Assembly (NCBI GenBank): GCA_963788395.1
Contig: CAWBGV010000028.1
Location: forward strand, 18,102 to 82,101
Direction of reading: 5' to 3'
DNA: 64,000 nucleotides
From: Candidatus Doudnabacteria bacterium
GTDB lineage: Bacteria > Patescibacteriota > Doudnabacteria > UBA920
Shown: positions 47,748 to 57,224 of the stretch, piece after piece
How positions within the stretch are numbered: the stretch's first letter is position 1
How the letters are laid out: the number at the start of each line of letters is the position of its first letter
Notes under the pieces: generated by a model
The model's database searches: none
What the model saw: the letters and a program-made list of their open reading frames with translations, nothing else
What the model was told of the DNA's origin: nothing
Translations under genes and position numbers: made by a program

Positions 47748-48391
47748 TACAGTTGGCTTCCAAAAATTTGCGTCAGGCGAGCCTCAGAGACTACACGCGA
47801 AACTCCCACGTTAAGGTGGGATGATGATATAGTCCACGCTTCATGGCGACATGAAGACCTGGTCCCGAAAGGGGCCCCCAAATTGCTTTTTACATTTTAG
47901 TTTTTTCGACCGAGAGGGAGAAAAAAACATAGAGAAAAGGAATTTGGGGAAGAGGAGCGCTTCACGGAGACGGCACAAAATAAATTTACAATTTATTTTG
48001 TGGAGTCGGAGTGAAGGGCGACGAGCCAGCAGCAGCGGTAATACAGAGACCTCAAGCGTTATCCGGAATCATTGGGCGTAAAGCGTACCGATAGGTGGTT
48101 TACAAAGTCAGAAGTGAAATCCAAAGCTTAACTTTGGGACTGTCTTTTGAAACTTGTAAACTAGAGGGGCAAAGAGGAAGCTGGAACGAACGGTGTAGTA
48201 GTGAAATGCGTTGATATCGTTCGGAACACCAATAGCGTAGGCAGGCTTCTGGGTGCCACCTGACACTGCTAGGACGAAAGCGTGGGGAGCGAATGGGATT
48301 AGATACCCCAGTAGTCCACGCTGTAAACGATGATGATTAGGTGCTAGAGAGTATCGACCCTCTTTAGTACCATAGCTAACGCGTTAAATCA

Positions 48392-48442
<51 letters not shown>

Positions 48443-48446
48443 ACCT

Positions 48447-48480
<34 letters not shown>

Positions 48481-49260
48481 GTAAGCGAGGAACCTTACCA
48501 AGTCTTGACATGTACCTGCATACTCTGGAAACAGAGTAGCCTTCGAGGGTGGTACACAGGTGATGCACGGTTGTCGTCAGCTCGTGCCGTGAGGTGTTCA
48601 CTTAAGTGTGAAAACGAGCGCAACTCCTATCATAAGTTACAAGTGTCTTATGAAACCGCCGGCGTTTAAGCCGGAGGAAGGCGGGAATGACGTCAAATCA
48701 GCGTGTCTCTTACGACTTGGGCGACACACGTGCTACAATGGGGAGAACAAAGGGACGCCAAGGAGCAATCCGGAGCAAATCCTATCAATACTCCCCCCAG
48801 TTCGGATTGAGGGCTGCAACTCGCCCTCATGAAGCCGGAATCGCTAGTAACCGTGGATCAGCCTCGCTACGGTGAATACGTTCTCAGGTTTTGTACACAC
48901 CGCCCGTCAAGCCATGGAAGCGGGAAGCGGCTAAAGTACCTTTATGGTCCTAGGCCGAAGCTCGTAACTGGGGCTAAGTCGTAACAAGGCATCGGTAGCG
49001 GAAGCTGTCGATGGATCACCTCCTTTCTAAGGAACTTTATGCATCCTTTTCCCTTTTCGAAGGGGAATGTTGGTGCACATTCCATTGGTCGTCGTTAATT
49101 TTTTCGAAAATTAGCGCACTTCTTGAAACTTCAAAGAACGACGTAAACTGGTGGTTTTGTAAGGTAATTCTACCGTATTTAGCAATAAATACGGCCTGAG
49201 CGCCAAAATGCTCGGGGTCACTATTTAGCCGTTAAAGGCTTAACACGAAATTGCAAAGAA

Positions 49261-49290
49261 AGTCTCGGCCGTTATGGTACGAGGCTTTTT
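49261..49290 (+). terminator. rho-independent terminator ~230 nt after the 16S 3' end
   Basis: agtctcg / cgaggct stem followed by TTTTT. Confidence 0.55.
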
Positions 49291-49365
49291 ATGTTCTATG
49301 CAAAAACGTCACTTGAATCAACCGCTAAAGTAGGAACTTTAGCGCCAATCTCCAATGATTTGACA

Positions 49366-50262
49366 ATGAGCCAGCTCATTCCGCAGTTCCTGAAGTACGG
49401 CCAGTTTGAATTAATGTTCTCACAAAACACGCTTTTAAAATACGACGAGTGCTTAAAGTGGGTAGTCAGGGACATCGGCGACGTGAAGGTCACCGAATTA
49501 AACCTATTCCATTTCACTGAATTAAAGCAAATAATAACGAACCGTGGTTGCGGCACCAGCCGTGTTGCTTCCATGGTGTTTTCCATGAAAAGTTTCCTAA
49601 AGTATTGCAAGGACTATCTGGAGTTGCCGGTGATGGATTACAAAAAAATCCGTAGCCCAAGGTTTAAGCGCCGGGAAGTGATTTACTTAACTAATGAAGA
49701 AATTGAGCGATTTGTCAGCGCCATTAAAATAAAGAATGGCCCTCGCGCTACTAAGCCGGTGCGTATGGACGGCCTAAGATTTAGGGTCTTGGTAGAAGTC
49801 CTTCTTGGTACCGGCATGCGCATCTCTGAAGCTTTGTCACTAAACCGCGATATGGTCGATTTTGAAAAGGCTGAGGCCAAGATTATCGGCAAAGGCAGCA
49901 AGGAACGCACCGTGTTTTTTAGCAAGCGGTCGCTGGATTGGGTTAAACGTTATCTGTCCCTACGCACAGACAATGAACCCGCATTGTTTCTCACCCAGCA
50001 GAATACGCGCCTGTCCAAGATAGATGTCCCCGGCTTCTTTAAGCGCTACAGCAAGAAGGCCGGTATAACCAAGAAACTGACGCCGCACGTGCTCAGGCAT
50101 ACCTGCGCCACAAACCTGTTGTTTAACGGCTGTCCCATAAATAACGTTCAAGTAATTTTAGGCCATGACCGCTTGGAAACCACTTGCCGTTATTATCTCG
50201 GCGTTGACAAAACTAAGGCCAAGGAAGCGCACGGCAATTATTTAAATTATCAATTGTCGTAA
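49366..50262 (+). CDS. tyrosine recombinase (XerC/D-like integrase)
   Basis: SAM-like N-domain, then ARMDGLRFRVLVEVLLGTGMRISE, HVLRHTCAT, LGHDRLETTCRYY. The ORF opens at 49291, directly after the terminator, so the internal ATG (MSQLIPQF) is preferred. Confidence 0.8.
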   Translation: MSQLIPQFLKYGQFELMFSQNTLLKYDECLKWVVRDIGDVKVTELNLFHFTELKQIITNRGCGTSRVASMVFSMKSFLKYCKDYLELPVMDYKKIRSPRFKRREVIYLTNEEIERFVSAIKIKNGPRATKPVRMDGLRFRVLVEVLLGTGMRISEALSLNRDMVDFEKAEAKIIGKGSKERTVFFSKRSLDWVKRYLSLRTDNEPALFLTQQNTRLSKIDVPGFFKRYSKKAGITKKLTPHVLRHTCATNLLFNGCPINNVQVILGHDRLETTCRYYLGVDKTKAKEAHGNYLNYQLS

Positions 50263-51038
50263 TTCATGAACTTTGTGTGTGCCGCTTTCAGCGCCCGTTT
50301 ATCGGTTCCCAGATAATACTGGGCCGTGGTGCGAATGTCCGAGTGCCCCAAAAGTTCCTGAATATACCGGATGTCGCAGCCATTTTCCAACATGATCGTC
50401 GCGGCAGTGTGCCGCAGCGTATGCGGCGTGACTTTTTTCTTGATCCCGGCCTTGGCGGCGTATCTTCGAAATTCCTTGCCCAAATCGTAACGAGCAAGCC
50501 GCTTGGCTTTGCCGAACGTCACGAACAAGGCCGGGTTGTCATCGGTTCGGCTTTGCAGGTACTTGTTTATCCATTCCAAAGCGCGGTCGTTGAAGAAGAC
50601 CACTAATTCCTTATTGCCCTTAACGATGATCGTCGCCTCTTTTGTCTGCAAATTTATACTGTCGCGGTTAAGGTTTAAAGTTTCCGAAATGCGGCCGCCG
50701 GTGTCTAAGAGCACTTCCATTAAGGTTCTTGCTCTTAAGCCGTATTTAGTATTAACGTCAATGCTGCCTAACAGCTGCCGGACCTCGTCTTTGGTGAGGA
50801 AGACAACTTGGCGTTTTGGGATTTTCATGGGCTTGATCTCCTTTGGATCTAAAGTCGGGAGTTTATGAACATCCCGACAATAAGTTAAAAATTTTCTTAA
50901 TGAATAGACGAATGAATTGACTCGGGAAGGGCCGCAGCCGCGCCCCGTTGCGCGGGAGATCCGCGCCAGGGTTTGTTTTTTTATTTTAGTGACGTGCTCA
51001 AGCCTTAAATCAGACGGGTTTTGAACTTCGGGAAGCAT
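50250..51038 (-). CDS. tyrosine recombinase (XerC/D-like integrase)
   Basis: GLRARTLMEVLLDTGGRISE, HTLRHTAAT, LGHSDIRTTAQYY. It converges on the previous gene, and their 3' ends overlap by 13 nt. Confidence 0.85.
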   Translation of the reverse strand: MLPEVQNPSDLRLEHVTKIKKQTLARISRATGRGCGPSRVNSFVYSLRKFLTYCRDVHKLPTLDPKEIKPMKIPKRQVVFLTKDEVRQLLGSIDVNTKYGLRARTLMEVLLDTGGRISETLNLNRDSINLQTKEATIIVKGNKELVVFFNDRALEWINKYLQSRTDDNPALFVTFGKAKRLARYDLGKEFRRYAAKAGIKKKVTPHTLRHTAATIMLENGCDIRYIQELLGHSDIRTTAQYYLGTDKRALKAAHTKFMNYDN

Positions 51039-51220
51039 TTTAGCGATCCAGTATAGCGCCTCCTTATATTTATAAATGGTCTGTTTTGCGAGGCTAAGAT
51101 TCGTAAGTGGCGTGGTCGATGAATAATGGGATCAGGTATTCAAAATTTAGAGCTGGTTGCTGGCTGATATAGTTTTCTGTCGTTAATTCCAAAACCGCAA
51201 CAGGCTGCTGTTGAAAAGGG

Positions 51221-51436
51221 CTAAGTCCGAGATTTTGGATGACTGGATCCATAATTAAATTTTATTAGATTTTGAATTGCCTGATTTTTATAGAAATTCT
51301 TTTTATATTTGTTGATTATGATATCTCCAAATCCGGCCATCGTCTTGCACGGTTTATTTGTATCTATAAAATCGTGATTCTCTTTCGAGATCCGGAGGCG
51401 TTCTTTGAATCTGCTGTTTTTATAATCTTTTTTCAT
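51221..51436 (-). CDS. hypothetical protein
   Basis: 71-aa basic ORF. Confidence 0.35.
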   Translation of the reverse strand: MKKDYKNSRFKERLRISKENHDFIDTNKPCKTMAGFGDIIINKYKKNFYKNQAIQNLIKFNYGSSHPKSRT

Positions 51437-51806
51437 AATTATATAAGTGCCCTTATACCCCCACCACCCAAGCCGTTTCCTTCCTTAGCAGGTGTCTTGA
51501 GTTCTTGGTTCAAGGGTTTACCACTAGGTATGCTATGTTGAGTTGTCTTGGAAGCAGGGAGAAGAAAAGGTAAAATATAACCGGCGATTTTTTCTTTTCC
51601 CTTGGCGAAGTTTACCGCTCCGCTCGACTGCTGTCTCCAGCTGGAGACTTCATAAATTCTGCTGAAGTTGAGGTATCCGTATTGGGTTACATGCCACCTG
51701 CCATTTTACGTCCGCAGGCTATCTCGTAGAGATTGTGGCGACGCGAGTTAAATTTCTTACTCGCCTTCAGCACGCAAGTCGTAGCGTACCGAAAGCGAAG
51801 GAAAAA

Positions 51807-52115
51807 TCAAAATAAGACCGGCACTTTTTGGATTTGCGGCACAGGTATAGGCTGGAAAACAAATCGTTTCTCTGCCGGGCTATTTACCTCAGTTTCCTGT
51901 CCGCCACGATGGCCGTTCAGCTTTTCCATGTACGCAAGAACCTGTCTTTTTGTTGAGCCGTCATAGTCATCCCTGTCAACAAGCCTGTTAAAGGCACGGT
52001 GGAGACGCTGGCGGCAGAAACCTTGCTCACTGATAGCCGCTGCGAAAATTGTCAGGGTGCTACCATTTGGGATTCGCTTTGAGGTTATTTCAAAGCGTCG
52101 TTCTATCGATCTCAT
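51807..52115 (-). CDS. hypothetical protein
   Basis: 102-aa ORF. Confidence 0.4.
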   Translation of the reverse strand: MRSIERRFEITSKRIPNGSTLTIFAAAISEQGFCRQRLHRAFNRLVDRDDYDGSTKRQVLAYMEKLNGHRGGQETEVNSPAEKRFVFQPIPVPQIQKVPVLF

Positions 52116-52518
52116 GAAAAATTGATTAATTATAAAAACCCGTAAAAGTTATGCGGTTCCAGGTCAATGGCTCCGACCAACTTTTACGGGCTTATATATG
52201 ACCTGGAAATTAAAGCCAAATTTTTGTTTTGGTTTAAATTAGAAAAATAAAAAACTCACATTGCGCAATGTGAGTTCGGTCATAATTAAAAAAGCATCCA
52301 TGAAAATCACGCAAAGTGTTAATTTGCTCAGCCAATGTTCGATTGGGCCTATTAGAACAAGCTATTAGCCTGCCAATTGGTTATCGTTATAACCAATGCC
52401 CACTTCCATGATGCATTTATTGAAAATTTAAAGAGCGAGTAAAATAATAGTAATCCTAAAATGATTTTATGTCAAGCGAATGTTAAAAACGATTTATAAA
52501 TCCATGAAATAAAACCCG

Positions 52519-52770
52519 CTAATGAATCTTTTTGGATAAGTTCTTATAAGCTTCCCAATAGGTTTTTGCGTCTGCCCGGAGTTCTTCGTTGTTGTTATAT
52601 TTTTTTACCAGGTCATCAATTTTGGGGTCATAATCAAAACAAAATTCTGTTCTTTTGTTTTTATTTTTGCCCACTAATTTTAGATGATAACCTAAAGCAC
52701 ATAGTGCCGCTGCAATGCCTAGATGAGTGGTGTTATATATTTTTCTATTAGACTGCTTTGCTATCTCCAT
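52519..52770 (-). CDS. DUF5659-like small protein
   Basis: THLGIAAALCALGYHLKLV…EFCFDYDP…, a pattern I associate with DUF5659 (from memory). Confidence 0.5.
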   Translation of the reverse strand: MEIAKQSNRKIYNTTHLGIAAALCALGYHLKLVGKNKNKRTEFCFDYDPKIDDLVKKYNNNEELRADAKTYWEAYKNLSKKIH

Positions 52771-53299
52771 ATTGTTAATTCACCACGAGTTAAGATAATG
52801 GTGGGTCATACGCAAATTATGGTTCTAACCGTATAGCTTCGCTACCCGGAAAAAGAAAAACTTAACATCGGTAACACCTCGGACTAAAGCTCTAAAGCCT
52901 TTAAGTAATATACACATTATCCGCATCGCTGTTGCTTTCAATTAAGTTAAACCAGTCAAATAATCCTTGAGGGAAAATTATCTCAAAAACTTTTTTGTCA
53001 ATTTGCATATAACGGGATTGTTAATGATGGCAATCCTATTATACCGATTTAAGATTTAAGCGTCACCCACTATTGCGTATGAGCCATAATGGTCTTTATC
53101 GCCTATATCCTCTATGCGGCTCCAACCTTTTACTAACCAGCAAAAATTAACTGTGTCCTGCTTGGTAATTGTTTGACAGTACCGGCTACTTAGGAAGATT
53201 GCCATTTTCGATTTTAAGTCTTGTTTTCAACGGGCATATTTAGAAATTAAGGAGTCATATACATATCAGTTTGCTCCCATACAGAATACATATTTATAA

Positions 53300-54530
53300 G
53301 TATTTTAGGAAATTTTTAGAAGTGAAGCAAAACGGTTTTTGTTACTGGATAGTTTCCATAGATATGCCAGTATAGTTATTTTTTGCTCCATCGTCCATAG
53401 GGGTATTGTAACATAGGGCTGTTTGAATTTTGTTTGTCTGGCTGTGCGAACGCCAATACACAGGGGTAAAATGGCTTTTGGTGTGTTTGGTGTTTGACAA
53501 ACAGCGGTCATTATCTAAAGTTTCATCGCACTGTTTCACTGGCTAAAATTGACCACATAATTTCTATGATAACCTTCTTTATGCCGGCAACTTCTTTTAA
53601 CCATTTTTACCCTGAGTAATTTTTGTGTAAATGTGTCCCGTTAACGCACCAAATCAGGGGTATATTTGATGTTAAACGGCGGCTGTGTAATCTTTTGCGT
53701 ATTTTGGGAAAAAGGTTTTGGCTGAAAATACGTGCATAATTTTTGCATAGGCCGATTAAAATATCCCTAATAAATTGCCTATTATATTGCTTTAAGGGGT
53801 CGGTACATATTCTTTGCATATTTTGGTAAGGTAAATTGCTACAGAAAATTTGTTAGTCTATACTGTACTCAATCTTTTTAAAGGGTGTTCAATTTTTGTT
53901 CAATTCCCCGCATAACACCCTTATTAAAAGGCTATTTTGATGCCCTACACAGCTGCTGTGCATTTTTCTGTGCAATTTTATAGGATGCGCATTTTTTGCG
54001 CACCCCCTTAAAATAAGCGAATAAATGGCTGATTTTAATACTTTACTTAGGCCCTCCGCACTTTTTTGCGCATTTTGAAGGTTGGGCACGTTTTGGGCAC
54101 TCGCCCTAAAATAGCCTTCTTAATAGGCTAATAATCTTCATTTTTTATAAGATTAGCATTTTTTGGTCATTCCGAGCCGAAAGTAACCTTATGGGTAAAT
54201 TTTGGGTAATTGTGTCACGTTCACCCGCCAAATCAGGGGCATATGTGATCATTAAACACCGTTGGGTAATCTTTTGGGTAAACTGGTAATGGTTTCACTG
54301 GCTTTAATTGCCCGAATAATTTTTATGGTATATCAGTATAGTTCTTCTTTGTTGTCGTTGATATGCTGATTTTAGACCCTTGGGGCATTTTTGGGGCATT
54401 GTGTCCGGAACGCCCGTCAAAACAGGGGTATATTGGGGTCTAAAAACCGTTTGGGGAATCTTTTGGGGAATTTGTTAATATTTCACTTGCTTTAATTACC
54501 CGAATAATTTTTATGGCAAACCTATCGGGT
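53300..54530. repeat. degenerate ~190-bp tandem array with helically phased word-T4-word dyads (iteron-like)
   Basis: The scaffold word cac(t/g)gcttt/aaaattg… occurs at 53537, 54296 and 54484. Dyads: gggtaaattttgggtaa (54193), gggtaatcttttgggtaa (54264), ggggcatttttggggca (54382), ggggaatcttttggggaa (54453), gggcacgttttgggcac (54084). Confidence 0.75.
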
Positions 54531-54594
54531 TTTGGCACCGATTAAGTCAGTCGGAATAACAGTATATCCGGCAACCGTGGCTGGCTCAATTTAC

Positions 54595-55371
54595 CTATAT
54601 CCTCTTCATCTGCTGGATAATCGTGTTAGCCAGCTCACGCTTGTCAATCAGGTATTCGTCCCACTTGTTGGACTCTTTTTTCTTGCGGCCAGCTACAAAG
54701 CCCAGCAGGTTGCCCTCGCTTAAACGATTGGCTTTTTTAAGAAAATCAGGAGCAGGGACGAACCATAGGTAGTCCCACAGGTCGCCACGCTCGGTATCAA
54801 AAAAACAAAAGATTATGCCCATGGAAAAACTGTCCACGACGTTGTGGGTTTTCACCGTGGCCGTGAAGGCTTCACCGGAGTCGTCCCCAAACCGGCTCTT
54901 CACTTGTAAGTACATTATTTTGGGCACGCCTTTTTCTTTGACGATAATGTCGATACCCTCGTCGTCCGAGATTGGCCGGTAGCAGGCCAGGCATCTTTCC
55001 CCGTAAAGCGTGATCAGTTCCGCGACCCGGGCTTCGGTAATATCGCCTTTTTGCCGTTCGGATATACCATCCGCGATTTTGAATATTTTTTGTTCCTTTA
55101 CCTCGGCCGCTACCGTAGCGGGGGTTTCCACAAACTGTAGGTTAAGGGCATAGGTGGAAGGACCTGTTTTAATAAACCGTGATTTGTCTTTTTTGGAATT
55201 GACGTCCACTAGGATGGTGGCGTTCATGGTCGCTTCTGGCGTCTTACCGGCGGTTTTTAGCCAACCGCGTTTAAGGGCGATGTCCGTAATCTCTTTGCTG
55301 TGCAAAGACTTGTTTGATTCACGCAGGATTTCGTATGCGATGTCTTTAAATGAGTTCATATGATGGGTCAT
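54595..55371 (-). CDS. HARE-HTH domain + PD-(D/E)xK-like restriction-endonuclease-fold protein
   Basis: N-terminus FKDIAYEILRESNKSLHSKEITDIALKRGWLKTAGKTPEATMNATI (HARE-HTH). C-terminus …DDEGIDIIVKEKG…YLQVKSR (D…(D/E)xK). Confidence 0.6.
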   Translation of the reverse strand: MTHHMNSFKDIAYEILRESNKSLHSKEITDIALKRGWLKTAGKTPEATMNATILVDVNSKKDKSRFIKTGPSTYALNLQFVETPATVAAEVKEQKIFKIADGISERQKGDITEARVAELITLYGERCLACYRPISDDEGIDIIVKEKGVPKIMYLQVKSRFGDDSGEAFTATVKTHNVVDSFSMGIIFCFFDTERGDLWDYLWFVPAPDFLKKANRLSEGNLLGFVAGRKKKESNKWDEYLIDKRELANTIIQQMKRI

Positions 55372-55476
55372 TTGGCATTAGCAGCAGAATGAGCCGAACC
55401 CGTGGCAATTTTTGCGCCACGGGCGACTTTGGCCTTGGTTTTAGCTCTAAGAGCTTAGAATAATTCAGCGGTATTG

Positions 55477-56226
55477 TTATAGTCCAACCGCGTTAGCTCC
55501 GTACTCTGCTTGTTCTTGTGTGAATTTATCATATTCCAACTGCGCAATTAAACTGCCGCGTGAAAAAGCTGAATAGCTCATGTAGTCTTTGGCCTTTGCA
55601 GCTGCCTCCGCATCCCAGTTAGCACCGGAATTATCTGCACCATAAGTCGCATCAGCCTGTGAAAATTGGTCGTACTCCAATTGAGCAACCAATCCATCAT
55701 GAGAAAATGCTGTGTAATTTAAATAATCTTTTGCTTTTGCAACAGCATTTTTTTGACTAACTGTTTCATTTGATACTGGTGAAGTATTTTGATTGTCTGT
55801 TTGTGGAGCTTGCGTTGGCTGCGGGGTTGCAACAGGCGCAGGTGTAGTAGCCGCTGGCTGTTTTGGTTGAGGGTTGGCAGGAATAATTGGTGCGGCTTTA
55901 GTTGTTTTTGGTGAGGTCGCTGGAGCTACCACTACAGCAGAAGCCGGGCTGGTTGTGTTTGTGACCGAGGGAATAACCGTGTTTTGATTTGCCACAGCGG
56001 CCTGCTGTTGAGGTTGGGTGGTAGCTTCATTGCTAACCGTGTTACTTTTCGGACCTGTAGCGCCGATCAAAAATAGAAATACAGTCATGGCAATCCCAAA
56101 AGTCACGCTCGTATTTATTCTATTTGCTTTGCCTCTAAAAACTTTATTAAACCACACAGGTTTAATTAAACCCATTATTAGTCCCACTACACAGAGAAGG
56201 AATAATAAAACAAAAAAACCGGACAT
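55477..56226 (-). CDS. Ltp-family surface lipoprotein-like protein
   Basis: N-terminal TM segments, a Pro/Thr/Ala/Gln-rich linker, and two Ltp-type repeats (AKAKDYLNYTAFSHDGLVAQLEYDQFSQADATYGA and AKAKDYMSYSAFSRGSLIAQLEYDKFTQEQAEYGA). Confidence 0.7.
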   Translation of the reverse strand: MSGFFVLLFLLCVVGLIMGLIKPVWFNKVFRGKANRINTSVTFGIAMTVFLFLIGATGPKSNTVSNEATTQPQQQAAVANQNTVIPSVTNTTSPASAVVVAPATSPKTTKAAPIIPANPQPKQPAATTPAPVATPQPTQAPQTDNQNTSPVSNETVSQKNAVAKAKDYLNYTAFSHDGLVAQLEYDQFSQADATYGADNSGANWDAEAAAKAKDYMSYSAFSRGSLIAQLEYDKFTQEQAEYGANAVGL

Positions 56227-56678
56227 AAGATATTACCTTTCTGCCGGCGTAGATAGCACGAAGCCCCGCGCCAGCCGATCCCTTGCGGGATCCATACCCG
56301 TTTCCGGATATGGCCATAGAAAGCTGCTGAACGCGGGGTTCAGTGCTTTCTATGGTCTTGAGCGCCATGCCACCAGCTTGCGCTGGGGGTTTAGGCATTA
56401 AGTTGTTATTTGGATTATAAATCAAAAACACCTTAAAATCAAGGTTTTTTATGCAATTATACCTTTGAGCTAAGGGGATCCTATTTTTTTGACTTACTTC
56501 TAATAATTATCACCTCTACGTTCCCATGCCAGTCAAAAATTCAGATCAGGGGTCGTCGGCCTAATATCTTTCGCTATAATATGCAACCATTATTGTATCG
56601 CCACCAATTCGATTTTTTGTTATGATAATAAAGAATTTAAGCAAAAATTAGGTATTAAATATCCTAAAATAAGACAAG

Positions 56679-57221
56679 GTGAACGAAGACCCAATACTAA
56701 AGGCAGAGGGAGGGCTTACAGTTACCGATTTATCGGGTGGCTTGTTTTCATCAATTCCCGAAAAGAATATTAAAGTAGTGGCAGCGTATCTTCAGCTAGT
56801 AGTAGATTTAAATTCAAATAGCAAAGAATTGAAAGTGTTAGACATCTTTATAAACGCAAGAACTGTTTTTACGGACGACTATATAAAAAGCACCGATGTA
56901 TATTGGAAAGAACATTTAGCTGGTACTCTCCGAGAACCTTTTGATAGAGGTTTTGAAGCAAATTTGTTTAATGCCTTAAAACATATACCAAAACGTGAAA
57001 GTTCAGAGGAGGCTGCAAATTTTTATAAAAGCATTGGTGAATTAAAAACTTTTTTAAATGATTTTGCCCATATGAGGTATGCAAAAGCACTGGTGTATGC
57101 TAAGGGTAAATACCCCGACGCAACTGAAATAACAGAAGAAATTTTTAATAACATTTGTAGGGAAATGGTAGATATTTTATTTCAATGGTTTTCGCAACAT
57201 TGCTACAAAGGAACGAATTAA
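56679..57221 (+). CDS. hypothetical protein (180 aa), upstream partner of the large unknown protein
   Basis: GTG start. Its stop lies 3 nt before the next ATG. No motif. Confidence 0.5.
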   Translation: MNEDPILKAEGGLTVTDLSGGLFSSIPEKNIKVVAAYLQLVVDLNSNSKELKVLDIFINARTVFTDDYIKSTDVYWKEHLAGTLREPFDRGFEANLFNALKHIPKRESSEEAANFYKSIGELKTFLNDFAHMRYAKALVYAKGKYPDATEITEEIFNNICREMVDILFQWFSQHCYKGTN

Positions 57222-57224
57222 CAA

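Larger units (their letters stand above)
47371..48024 (+). other. intervening sequence inside the 16S gene (between …GCTAACTCTGT and GCCAGCAGCAGCGGTAATAC)
   Basis: Conserved 16S sequence stops at 47370 and resumes at 48025. The interior has no 16S similarity. Confidence 0.9.

Noticed and set aside
47371-48024. Calling the 16S insertion a group I or group II intron, or a homing-endonuclease carrier.
   Set aside because: The boundary is unambiguous, and the insertion ends in A rather than the omega-G of group I introns. It lacks the GUGYG…AY termini of group II introns. I see no LAGLIDADG, GIY-YIG or HNH ORF. It is therefore kept as an unclassified intervening sequence pending model-based search.
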